Below are positions 14,001-25,500 of a DNA stretch of 64,000 bases, piece after piece. How positions within the stretch are numbered: position 1 is the first letter of the stretch; every line of letters begins with the position of its first letter. Origin of the DNA: Selaginella moellendorffii (lineage: Eukaryota > Plantae > Lycopodiophyta); assembly GCF_000143415.4 (NCBI RefSeq), contig NW_003314314.1, positions 625,771-689,770 on the forward strand, given 5' to 3'. The position numbers and the translations under genes are program-made. Below the pieces are notes generated by a model. That model made no database searches. It saw only the letters and a list, made by a program, of their open reading frames with translations, and was not told where the DNA came from.

Positions 14001-15586
14001 AAATCGATAAATATGTCGACTTCTCGGCTCTCCTCTTCACGGGATTCTTGAGATTTGCTTATTTCTTTCGACCACGGAAACTCTAGCGGCAGACAAGTGC
14101 CGAATCCTCGGCTGGCAACTGGCTCCTCGGACGATTGCTGCAATCGAAAGCTCCCTAAAGAACAAAAACAAAGAATGTAAACTCACTCGAGCGAAAAAAT
14201 GGAGCCAACCTGTTCCATCCCAGTGAAAATCCGGAAGCAAGTACGGTAGACAACTAAACTGACGAGCTCGATCGCGTACTCCGAGCAGTGGCTCGTGCAA
14301 ACCATCGCGAACTGCAAAAGCTCTCGCTAGAAATACAGGAGAAACTGAAAGAAAAGTCTTACCTTTACGAAAGAAAATGGAGAAGCAAGCTAAACATCCC
14401 CATGCCTCGGACTCCTCCTCCTCGTGTTCTTGGTCTCCAAGAGCAACACCTCGTGGAGTTTCGGTCGATGGTGGCGGGGGAAGCGTCACACTCTCGGCCT
14501 CTTCGAGTTTCTGAGCCTTGGCTTGATCCGCGGATAGACTCACACAGCCAGTCGACGTCCTCTTTCGTTTCTTGAGAATCACCCGCCTCGTGATGCATGA
14601 TCCACAGTTTGGACAGAGCAAGTGATGGCTGGTTTGCTCCTTGAGGATTCTCTCCAGATCATACTCAAGCTCGGGCTTTTTTTCGCTGGTAGAATCGAGT
14701 GCTTCTTTCAGCTTCTCCCGCAGCAGATCACCGTCGTGAACCGGATGACCGTGAAGAACTGGAAGAACTTCCAAAACCTCGTTCACAGCTGACCCAAGTT
14801 CTTCATGCGAAATGGTCGGATCCAAGACCTGTCCATTGCTGGGCTCGACTTTCTCCTCTTGGATCTCTCCTTCAAGATTTTCTTCGACTTTCTCAAGTCC
14901 CCCGCGACCATTGCTCATCGTCTCCGCCTTGATTCCAGTGTGTTCTTCTTCCTGATCCCGCGGAGAGCTCTCGGACACCTCCAAATCCTTCTTCTCACTC
15001 GTCACTTCACTCCCTTGTTCTTGATCTTCCTCGGAGCCCAGCCATGCATGCACGCTCTGGAAGCTCCCGCAATGCTTTCGGTGCTCTCGTCTCATCTTGG
15101 CGCTGGGACGAGGATTCGGGTAAATCCAGCCACAGTGCTTGCACGTAGAGATCCCTGTTCCAAGCGAGGGAGAACAAAGACTTAGACAAGCTACATCCTC
15201 CATAGCCATGGCGAAGAGCTACCTAGAAAGAAGAGAAAAAACATCCATGTACCTTTCTCTCGATCGTGGAACACGCTGCTCTCCGACTTGGGTTTCTTCC
15301 TGCCCCTGATCTCTCGCACAATCCCAGCGCTCCCATTCGCATTCTCATCGGATCGCTCCGACGACGATGAAGTCGAGCTGTTTTCATCCTCGGCCAAGAC
15401 TCCCTCGGACTGCTCCTTCTGTGCTCGCGCTTCTCGCCCGCCACCCTTGGACGAATTCCCAGACGACCCCCCCTCCTCCTCCTCCTCCTCCTCTTGCGAT
15501 TTTCCATCGCCTCGATCCGAGCGATCCTCATCGTGGTGCTCGAGTTGACTTTTGGCGGCGCCTTCACCCGGATGATTGATATCCAT
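11004..15586 (-). CDS. Membrane protein of ER body-like (MEB/VIT1-CCC1 family), multi-exon, with long disordered N-terminal region
   Basis: Contains LCPNCGSCITRRVILKKRKR (MEB-type Cys motif) and KSIVYGGLDVTLTSLAVVSS plus hydrophobic helices (VIT1/CCC1 domain). Many short GT-AG introns. Exon 1 joins exon 2 in frame (AAA G|GG ATC). Confidence 0.85.
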
Positions 15587-16296
15587 GGCTCCAAAATACC
15601 ATGGAATGGAAGAAATCCAGTGGATCAACTGACCTTCTCCTTCGCTCTGTGGCTAGGGGCGCTCTCGCGATTCTTATTTTGTGCTTCCAGCCAGCCAGCG
15701 CTAGCCAAGAAAATGCCAAGCTGCGAAACCCGGCCACCACTAAATACGTGCACGAGAGTCATGTGGGAGAGTTTACTCCAAGAAGCCTCCAAATGTGGCT
15801 ATGGGAGATCGGATTATCATAGAAAGGAAAACCATGAAAGAAAAAAAGGAGAGAAGAGAGAGATGCTATGAAATCTTAAGAATGAGATCGTCCGGAATTT
15901 TTCGCCCGCCAGACAAGAAGACTTTACGCGCGCGCCAGCCATTCTTGAAGAATCCATCCTTGTCACTATATTCGCGCTACATCCAACGGCCAGCGCTACT
16001 TCTCCAGGCCCAGCCGTCCGATCTAGGGCTAAGTCACCCTGTTAACCCTAACCCTAATATATTAGGCACAGCATTCAGATTTTAAGTTAGTTTCGTTTTG
16101 TTGCTCCTCAAATTTACAGCGATTGATCAATTTCTCTGTTTGGGTTCTGTATGATGAAGCTATCATACCATATCTGCAACATGGAAAGAAAAAGAGTTAA
16201 AAAAAACAAGATCATTTGGACAGCAAGAACAAACAGTCCAAAGAAAACAAAGATTGCAAGGAACTAAGAACAAGAAAAGCACAAAAAAAACAGGAC

Positions 16297-18027
16297 TTAC
16301 CACTCTGATGATATGTCCAATCTCTTGAGGAAGCTCCTGAATTTGCCCCCTTCCAGCTTCTCCAGCAGCTTCTTGGCCCCTGGAACCTCGCCCTCCACCA
16401 ATCTCCCCAAGTAGTAGCAAGCTCCACTCGCCATGATCTGCTTCCTGTTCTTGGAGTTCCCGGCCAGAGCAATCAGTGCCGCCACAGCCCGCTCCGCCGC
16501 CAAGCTCGGCGACCCCGACGTATCCAGCAGCCGAACGATCCCCGAGATTCCCTTCTCCTCGCTCGCCACCATCCTCCGGTTGCTCTCCAGCTCCACCAAG
16601 TTGGCCAGCGCGCTCACGGCGTGCTCTTGCGCGCTCGCCATCTTCGCGTCCAGCATCCTCACCAGCGGAGCGATGCATCCGGCGTCACCGATAGCTCTCC
16701 GGCTCTCGGAGCACACCGCCATGGCTGCCACCGCCGCCGCGGCGCACTGCTGCACGCACGGCGATCCCTGCGTCAGGAATCCCACCAGCGGGTGCAAGAA
16801 ACCGGCCTCCAGGATCGCTGGAACTGTGGCTGGCGACGACGCGATCCCGCGGAGGATTCCAATCCCTGCCTCCTGCGACGCCGGAGCCTCCGATCCATCG
16901 AGAAATCTCGCCAGCGGCTCCAGCACCCCTTCGCTCCACACCAGAGCACGCTTGAAGTTGTCGTCGTCCATGGCCGCCAAGTTCTGTAACGCCACCGCGG
17001 CGTGCTCGCGCGAGTGTGGAGTCCCGGAACTTAGCAAGTAGATGAGCACCTGGAGGGACTCCTCCTCCTCGGAGATCCTCCGCCGGATCTCCTCCACCGC
17101 GGAGAGGTTCCTCAAGACGCTGGCGGAGACAGCCTGCGCGACTGGAGTTCCACTCCGGCACAAATCCAGCAGCGGACTCACACCCCCGCAAGCCGCAACC
17201 GATCGAGCATTGTCTGGAACCAGCGTGAGACTCTGCAAGGCCCTGGCGGCTCTCTCGCTGGCCAGAGACCCTCTAGCCGGATCAAGCAGCCGGACGAGCG
17301 ACTGCAAAGCTCCCTCGCTGACGATCTCGTGGACGCAGCTCTCCACGGTTGCCAGGCTCGCCACTGCCGCCGCGGCCTTCTCTCGCATCACAGGAGCTCG
17401 CCCGTCCAAGAGATGGACGAGCGCTGGAATGCTTCCCGGAGCCGCGGCTACCACCAAGACGTTCTTGTCATCCTCGGCCATGAACTCCACCAGCGAGTCG
17501 AGAGCTTTGATCCGCGACTCGGTGCTCCCCATCTGGAGCCTCGCCAGCAAGTCCTTGACGGTCCATTTCCTGCTCTCTTTGCTCACGCCCATCACCGAGA
17601 GGGTCATGAGCGGCGATGCCTGGCAAAGAACACCGGTCTCGATCATCAGCCTCGAGTCGTGGAGGTAGCCATCCAGCCTGCTCGCCAGGGAATCCAGCCT
17701 ACTCTGCATTTGGAGCTTCCCTCCGCCATAGCTGGGAAGCGCGCACTGCGACACGAGCTCCAAACCCTCGCCCAAGCTTGCCACGAGAGATTCCAGGAGC
17801 TCCAGGCAGAGTGTGTTCTTGGCGAAGAACGGCGCGCCGCCGAGCTCGGTCAAGAGATCTGGCAGCCGCTCCAATCTCGAGATTATCATCTTCCATCGCA
17901 CAAGGAAGGCCTTGACGGACGAGGAAGCCGCGACGATCTGCGCTACCAGACTCTGTGCCTGCTCTAGCAATCCCTCCCCGCCGCCGCGATCAAGAACACC
18001 GTGTTCTTGCTCCCTGGCCGTTACCAT
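16297..18027 (-). CDS. Armadillo-repeat protein (At5g50900/At2g05810-like)
   Basis: 576-aa ORF with repeated G.IP.LV.LL and E.AA.AL.NL ARM motifs and the N-terminal F..RW..I..L..L region of this subfamily. Confidence 0.9.
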   Translation of the reverse strand: MVTAREQEHGVLDRGGGEGLLEQAQSLVAQIVAASSSVKAFLVRWKMIISRLERLPDLLTELGGAPFFAKNTLCLELLESLVASLGEGLELVSQCALPSYGGGKLQMQSRLDSLASRLDGYLHDSRLMIETGVLCQASPLMTLSVMGVSKESRKWTVKDLLARLQMGSTESRIKALDSLVEFMAEDDKNVLVVAAAPGSIPALVHLLDGRAPVMREKAAAAVASLATVESCVHEIVSEGALQSLVRLLDPARGSLASERAARALQSLTLVPDNARSVAACGGVSPLLDLCRSGTPVAQAVSASVLRNLSAVEEIRRRISEEEESLQVLIYLLSSGTPHSREHAAVALQNLAAMDDDNFKRALVWSEGVLEPLARFLDGSEAPASQEAGIGILRGIASSPATVPAILEAGFLHPLVGFLTQGSPCVQQCAAAAVAAMAVCSESRRAIGDAGCIAPLVRMLDAKMASAQEHAVSALANLVELESNRRMVASEEKGISGIVRLLDTSGSPSLAAERAVAALIALAGNSKNRKQIMASGACYYLGRLVEGEVPGAKKLLEKLEGGKFRSFLKRLDISSEW

Positions 18028-18265
18028 TGCTCGCTCCAGCCTTCCTAGCCTAGATTTCGCGAGCTCCGCGAGATTCCTGTGAGCGTCCTGGCATCGCCTA
18101 GACGATCTCTACAAAGAAGCGCCCTAGCAATGCTCTACCTGGCGCGTGGCGATCCCTGGCGCCCTCCATAGCCATCGATCGAGCTAAATGGGGCAATGGC
18201 GCTACCTCGGCGCTTCTCTAGGTAGGAAGAACACACAATATGTGCAGAGCGCCAGGTGGCAGGTG

Positions 18266-18476
18266 ACGTGGCGTACGCGTCACTTCACTTCTTCCACATC
18301 AGCCGGCTAGACCACGTGTCTCCCTGTCATTGAGCGCACTCTATCATCATATCTTGGCTGACTCGCCGGTAACGGACGGTGTGGCCGCCACTGCCGTACG
18401 ACCCGGGGCAGGTATACCGGTCCAATATTATGTGACGTACAAGTAAGGATCCATGTCAATGGACGCGGCACGTGTC
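18266..18476. promoter_or_regulatory. Cluster of ABRE/G-box-like elements upstream of the ARM gene
   Basis: ACGTGGC at 18266, CACGTGTC at 18313 and CACGTGTC at 18469, all 240-450 bp upstream of the ATG. Confidence 0.45.
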
Positions 18477-19436
18477 GCTTTCCAAGTGGCAGGCATTAGT
18501 ATTGAGTGCTCTTTAAAGATCGAGCTTTGACTGTTATTGTTTCATCATGGCGTAAGTATGAAAGAGAAAGCAATAAAAATTCAAATCAAGAATAACGGAT
18601 CTCAATTCCAGCCCTAATTCTCGATGCCAGCGAATATTCTAATTCTCGATGCTCACGAATATCCCACGATTTAGAAAAGCGCGCAAAGCAAACATGGCCT
18701 TGCCCAGCTTTTTCCAGGCAAACTTCCATTCCATCCATGAGCAGGGCGCTTAAAGATCCAATCCAACTCCCACAACACCACTTTGGAGCTCTCTACTTAG
18801 GTTCTACACAAGAATCTTTCCAAGAATTTTATAGAGATTTTTATACTTGGGGGGGCCATTCAATGACAATAGTGGGCTATATTATGTTTGTATGTAGGTC
18901 TTTGGAAATCTCTCTCGTGAAGTCAAGCTATGATATCACACAAGTTACGTAACACACATGATCAAACAAGTTGGTATCAAAATGACAATATTCCACAGAC
19001 AAAAGGATAGATATTCTGTCTGTAGCTTTGAAAAGTAGGAATGTTTGTTTGTACACGCTGGCTCGCACCACGGGGAGCCTCCGTACGAATATGGCCACCC
19101 TCATTGCTATGGATGATCTTAGCCTTCTTTTTTTCTCGGTAGCCTTTCGAGAAAAAATTGACAATGGAACAACTCGAGAACAAAACTCGAGCCACTGCTT
19201 TGTCCACTTTCATATACTTGTGATGCGAGCCAGCGCTTAAGCTTAGCTCAAAGAATTCCTTTCGAGTTGACTCCAAACGAATGCCTGTTGAGTGGATCCA
19301 TCCACGCAACGTCAGCTGGATCCAGGAAAAAGAAAAAGGAGCATTCGCTTTGGAGTTATCAGCCGCTTGATAGCGATCGATTTGATCGTCGAAGAACTCG
19401 CTGGAAAAGTTTTGTAGCTCTGGAATTAATGGAACT

Positions 19437-20519
19437 TCATCTCTTCGATCGACGCTCCGGGGTTCTCGACCTCCGACGATCGTAGCCACGTCTTCTTTGA
19501 TCATAATCGGGGTACCAGCGGTGATCTCTTCCTCTTTTCCTGCCATAATCCCGGTTATCCTTCCTTCGACGATCGTCACCACGGTAATTCTCCCTGATTC
19601 GATCATAGCCATCGCCATTCTTGCTTCTAAGATCACTGCCAAGATCATGATCACTGTCCCTTCTCGTAGCATCTCTCTTTTTCCTCTCGTCCTCCTTGAG
19701 AAACTCCACGATCACCATCGTCTTGTTATCATTGGACTGTGCTCTTGCAACGATCTCCTTCAGTGCCTCAAAGTTTTTCTCCTTGAGCGCCTTGCTGATC
19801 TCTTCCCGGCACGATTCCACATACTTCCTCTCCAGGCCATCCGACGCAAGAACCAAAAACTCGCAGCCATCACAAATCTCCTGCTCCAAGATCTCCGGAT
19901 CAGCGACCACTGCCTGTTCTTCCCGGCTCTTCTTTGGATTGTCCTTGAACTCAAAGTCGCCGATCGCGCGTGTCACTGCCAGAGTGCTCAGAGATCCATC
20001 CTTGCTCACCACCCCGTCATGGACGACGCACTTGGATTTGCGAGCTCGATCGGCTTCGTCCAAGTTGCTTGGGACGTGATCCTTGGTCAGGTGGATCATC
20101 TGCTTGTTCTTGACGAGGCTGCAGTAGGAATCACCAGCGTGAGCCACGAAAAATCTGCCCTCTTTCACAAGAGCCACCACCGCCGTCGTTCCAGACACCG
20201 TCGATCCATGCCCGGCGAATCCCTCGTCAGTGCTCAAGAACACGCTGTGCAAGCTCTCGCGAAACTCACCCTTTTCGAAGCTCTCGTCGCGCACCAGGAG
20301 CTTGAAGAGATTGCTGGAGCAATACCTCGCGGCATCATCCCCACCGTGGCCATCGAAAACCCCAACCAGCGAAACGCCCGATGGCAGGCCTGTCGCGATG
20401 GCGCAGCCATCCTCCATCTCGCGCCGGCGCCCCTGATCCGTCACGGCATAGATTCGCACAAGCCGATCCTGCGCCTTGTGGAGTCCTCGCGACTGTCCAC
20501 CAAAGCTATCGTACGCCAT
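19437..20519 (-). CDS. Protein phosphatase 2C (PPM family), intronless, with Arg/Asp-rich C-terminal tail
   Basis: Motifs GRRREMED, GVFDGHGG, AHAGDS, DHVP, TRAIGDFEFK, LASDGL and DNKT are all present. Confidence 0.92.
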   Translation of the reverse strand: MAYDSFGGQSRGLHKAQDRLVRIYAVTDQGRRREMEDGCAIATGLPSGVSLVGVFDGHGGDDAARYCSSNLFKLLVRDESFEKGEFRESLHSVFLSTDEGFAGHGSTVSGTTAVVALVKEGRFFVAHAGDSYCSLVKNKQMIHLTKDHVPSNLDEADRARKSKCVVHDGVVSKDGSLSTLAVTRAIGDFEFKDNPKKSREEQAVVADPEILEQEICDGCEFLVLASDGLERKYVESCREEISKALKEKNFEALKEIVARAQSNDNKTMVIVEFLKEDERKKRDATRRDSDHDLGSDLRSKNGDGYDRIRENYRGDDRRRKDNRDYGRKRGRDHRWYPDYDQRRRGYDRRRSRTPERRSKR

Positions 20520-20631
20520 TTCTATTAATGAAGAACCCTAAAAACCACAAGGCCAAATTTATAAGGCAAAGCCTTTTCGTTTACTAGAATATCCACCGAT
20601 TTAATCTATACAAGCTCGGTAACATCGACAT

Positions 20632-22412
20632 CTATACAAGCTCGGTAATATCGTCGTCCACGTCCATAGAAACTACAGACTCGCACCATTGATCAACGAG
20701 GACGTGATCCTGGAAAACTCTCACTCGTTTTGCTGCAACATTTGGAACTGCGTCGAAATCTAGCCTGAAAAACCAAAAAGAGAAGTGTAAGCAAAAAGCG
20801 AGAACAGGGAAACGAAAAAACTTACAATCTGGAGACCTTGTCTCTCGAGATCAGGAGCTTCTGCTGCTGCTGCTGAGACCATGCAATGGCAATAGCTTCC
20901 TGAAGCGAATGAGTAACTTCTGCTACAGAATCCCCCACTGCCGAATCGAGGAGCAAAGTCGACCAGACTGGTACCACCGATCTCAGTAGGATGTCGAGGC
21001 ACAGCTTTGCTACCTGGCGATTTTTCACCTGGAATGGTCTCTGTTTCTTAAAATCCACATAGAACATGGCAGCAGCCTCGATGAATTTGCTCACTTTCCC
21101 TCCTGTCCGCTCGAGCTCAACGTTGAAACCGCCCACGAGCTCCAGTGCTGATGCAACTTCGCGCAAACTGAGCCTGCTAGCAGAAGAGTGTGGAACTTCA
21201 CAAGGTCTTGGAGACTCAGGTAGACCGGAACCAAAACTTTCCTCCCGACACTGAGTTTGTAAGCACGAAGGTACTGTAGCTTCTCACTGTAAACGGCCGC
21301 TTGATGGTTGTCGATTAAGGAGGGAACCATGGCCCTGTCAAATAGATACAGTCGATTAGACAAAGATATCACAAACAGCAAGCGCTTACTGCTTTAATCC
21401 GACAGCTGCTCTTCTTCCAAGAAGAATTCCTGTCCGCAGCGTATCAATCAAGAGCGAGGGATCCGGTCCATGGAAGCAGCAAAAAACTGTGTAGCGATCG
21501 ATACCTTCTCCATTTTCCGAGCTCCAAAAGAAGCTTGGCAGCAGAGAAACCCGTCGCAAGAGGAAGTATAAGCATAGCCGACTCAAGCGACCATTCCCAT
21601 CCAGGAAAGGATGGATCTTCTCCATACCGTGTACAAACGTGCCTGCTGCCGAGATTATTGCTTCGTCAACTCCACGGGAAGCCTCGATGCGTTGCTTCAG
21701 CTCTGAAAGTATCACGTCCAACCTCTCCTCCAGCCGAAGGCATGGCATTCGCTTCTCAGGACCATCTTCGAAGCTCACGAACACATCTTTTGTTCTCCAC
21801 TTCCCTCCGCCAGGGATAAGCATCTTGTGCCACTCCTGCAACAGTTGAATCGATAGAAACTCCCTGCCAAGAAAAGTGAGCAAAGATCTACAAAGCTTGC
21901 ATCTTTGTTATCTTACTCCTTGACAGCCGCTCCCATGCATAGCTTCAAAGCGTTGTAGAATGCGCGTAGCTCCTTGTACTGCTCCGTCTTGAAACTCAAG
22001 TCGCCATAGATTGCTCCCACTGTTTGCTCGAACGAAAACGCTAAAATGTCGCAAAACCGGTTAGATCTCACTGTTGCGGAAACTGAATTGCGGCCTCTTT
22101 GTCTCAATAGCCCTGGAAAGAATAAAAAAGACACTTCAGAGAATTGGAAATTCTTGGCGATCGACGCACCTGAAAACGCTGCCAGTTGTTCCGAGTAGAA
22201 CTCCCTACTGCACAAGAAATCCTAGCCGACGCTCCCGCCAATCCTGTCATGGGTCGATCGATCGGAGAATGTAGATAGTGAAAGCTCACCTTGACGAAGA
22301 AGCCGCATCAAGCCCTACCTTCGGCAAAGCCGTGGTGAACGAATAGCGCCGTCACGCGAAAAAACGCTTCCTCCTCCATCGCTCCAACCCTAGCAATACG
22401 CTTCTCTAGCAT
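20632..22412 (-). CDS. Spliced Fic/Fido-domain protein: intact Fic domain followed by a degenerate Fic-like domain
   Basis: IHPFLDGNGRLSRL at 21578-21613. Frame-preserving GT-AG introns at 21864-21916, 21335-21389 and 20765-20825. A second repeat reads AAAMFYVDFKKQRPFQVKNRQVAKLCLDILLR. The 5' exon and the junction near 21175-21290 are uncertain. Confidence 0.75.
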
Positions 22413-22520
22413 GAAGTAACTCGCGCGGGCTTCACTAGCAGCCGTTGGATAACCCAAGCTGGAGCAATCTTTATCGTTAATACGTTTCTGCAGAATAAAA
22501 CCGTTGGATCGATTTAGTTG

Positions 22521-25500
22521 TCAGCTGAAGCTGTGTAAGCCGTTGATTGCGCTGTGGTAGGGCTTTCTCACGCTCGACACGAGACCTCTTCTCCTACAGT
22601 CTTGGAGAAGAGCTTTCCAGTCGGGATTTCTTTCGAGCGTCCTCGCATTTCCCACGACCCAGAGCGAAAACTTGGCCCTCGTCAGTGCTACGTTCATGCG
22701 CCGGACGTCCGCGAGGAATCCCACACCAGCTTGAGAGTCTCCAAACGAAGCACGCACTGTCGAGAGGACGATGATGTCTGCCTCTCGCCCCTGGAACGAA
22801 TCCACCGTGTTTACGTCGATCCCCGAGTGTAAACTCCTCATGTTTTCTTGGAGAACTTTTCTCTGCTCCTGGTATGGAGTGATCACTCCAATCCTCCCGG
22901 GGCGAACTTCCTCCGGATACCTGGAAAAACCGGTTGATATCTTTCTAGCAACTTCGTGAAGGAATGTGGAGTACCTCTCTTTGAGAACACGAAGGAGTTG
23001 AAAGATAAACTCTGCCTCGTCGGGATTGGTAAGCGACTGCATCGAACCTGGCCTTTCCTGCCCGTCTCGAATGTCAAAAAACCTGTATGGCTCGAAACAC
23101 CTGTGCAATTCCAATTGAAACAGTCTTCTTTTCATGAATTCAAAAGCTCAAGCATACGAACCTTTCGCGGTGGAAGGTAGCGCTTCGGTTCCCATGTAGA
23201 ACAGTGCTTCCATCTTTGAGCTGGCCACCGTAGTAGTGTGTCGATGGAAAGCTTCGAATCTCAGGGTGCATGCGATACTGTGCAACCAGAACGAGAAAAC
23301 TTGATAAAATGGAAAAAGACTTCCAAAATCAAAATCAACCGACCTGCGTTGTTAACATGCTGACCGGATAGCCATGCTTTTGGAAACGCTCAAACATACT
23401 GCAGTCAAACAGGAGCCTTGATGCTGGAACCGAGAGAACAGTCGCTGGTAGCTGTTTAGGATCCCCAATCTGAAAAACTTCTAGTAAATATCTTTCAAAA
23501 TACTCCCGTAGCACTTTACCAGGATGCACTTCCCACGAGTCGCTTTCAACAGCTGAAGCGGTATCAGAGTTGATGGTTCCACGGCCTAAAAGTTCGTTCG
23601 AAAGGCGTCATTCAAACTCTGATTTTTCATCCATACCTGTGCCGCTTCATCGATGATCACAGCGTCGAACAGCATCTCCGCGGCCTGCGCGTCTCTCGTT
23701 GCAATGAATTCCATCAAAGTCGAGTAAATGTGACCTCCGCAGCCGCTTAGCGTCGTCAGTACCACATCTGCTTCTCTTAAAACTTCAAGCTTCATGGCTT
23801 GTTTCTTCTTTCGGTTTGATCCCATAAGAAAGCCATGCTCGCGATTTTCCACCTTGATCAGCTCTGATAAAAGCAGTCTCTGCTGCTCTTGAAGACCTGC
23901 TAGCTTGTCAAGTTTCGGGATCCCATCCTGACTTTCCACCTCGGCTGGAGCAGCTAACGCTTGCATATTACCCAGGACTTCATCGAGCTTGGATCTTAGT
24001 TCCTGTGGAGAGTGCGCATTGTGTACCCCTGCATTCTCAGCCATTCTCTTCGCCACCAGCCGGTCGATGTGCACAGCCATTGCCTGGGAATGCACCCTCT
24101 TCGTGTCCCCAACGCGGACAATAGAGGGCCAGTAAGTCCCTCCATCGTAGTTGTAGACGCCATGCTTTGAGATTCTTGTCACCAGTTCGTCCACGGCTGC
24201 GTTGGACTGAGCGCAGACAAGGATCCTTGTAGCTTTCAGCTTATCTCGGAACTTAGTTTGGTGCTTATCTGTTAGCACGTCTAGCATCTCGTGTTCCTCG
24301 GCTTTGCCAGCCTCCTCGTTTGCATGGGCCAGCAATGCGCTCACAATGCCGAGGATTGTTCTTGTCTTTCCAGTTCCTATTACAAGCAAAGAAAAAACAA
24401 TTGAATGGTTTATATCAAGAGAACGCGAAAGCCGTTTACCTGGTGGCCCTTGTATGAGAGAAATCATCTGGTCGGCGACAGCAGCGATAGAGCTCAGCTG
24501 ACTCTCGTTGTACTCGCGTCTAAGCTTTGACCGCAGTTGTGGTGGAAGGCTTTGAGTTCTTGATATTTCTCGTGGAGGAGAAGCCGAGAGTATTGTTTCC
24601 AGTAATGGAAACAAGTGCATCGCCGCCATAGCCTGCTGCTCGCGGATGAACGTCGTCACGGACGTAAGCTTGTTCAAATGCCACGTACTTTCCGTCACTA
24701 GCATCTCTCGCAACTTGGAAAGTCTTTCGCAGCTGTGAGGAAGATAAACCTTGACGAGAAGGTTGTTTCTTTTCTCAACCTGCAATGCAAAGAAATTCTT
24801 TTAGAATGCATCAAGCTCTGGAGCGTTTACTCATCTTGCCGATCATGTGAGAAGTCCGAGCTGGATCACGTAGAAGTATCAAATCGTTCTCTGCGAGTTT
24901 AACGGTGTGGCCGTCAAACTCCACAAGGTGAAAGTAGCCTTCCTGCCGCAAGGAAAACGCGGTGACAACGTCGGAGCGCGACAAATCCATTGTCTCGAGA
25001 GACCTTTCAAGGTGTGCCTTGAACTCTTCGAAGCAAAGCGGCCGGAAGATCTCTAGATAATGCTTGTAGCTTTGAAACGTCAATGGAACTTCCAGGAGCT
25101 CCTCCGAGTGATCTCCGTGCATGCTCCAGATGTCTAGCGATAGAACACGCTTGTGCCATTCGTCCAGCATCGCTGGAAACGCAGCTCGATCATAGAAGTC
25201 TTGCTGGCCTTCCCCGACCTTGCCCTCCAAGCGTTGCTTCTTGCATGATGGAACATCTTGCGACACAGGTCTCTTTTTCCGGTCGGAGGCCACCTCGGGT
25301 TTCGCACTCGCCGTCTCTTCGGTGGCCGTCTTCACACATTCAGTCATCGCCTCTTGGATGACCACCTCCTTGTTGACACATTCTTCGTCGGTCAGGTCGA
25401 GTATAACGTCGTTCTCTGTTGATTCGGACGAGGATACCGTTTCATCGAAGATCTTCACAAGCTTTCTCAAACCATGGAGAATAATCCTCTGATCCGCGTT

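Noticed and set aside
16163-20528. Long overlapping or antisense ORFs over the ARM and PP2C genes (also over the F-box and PPR genes)
   Set aside because: They are shadow ORFs caused by high GC3 codon usage and have no recognisable motifs.
21505-21525. SENGEG matches the Fic inhibitory consensus (S/T)xxxE(G/N)
   Set aside because: It lies in the loop shortly after the catalytic helix rather than in a separate terminal helix, so it is likely a chance match without structural support.
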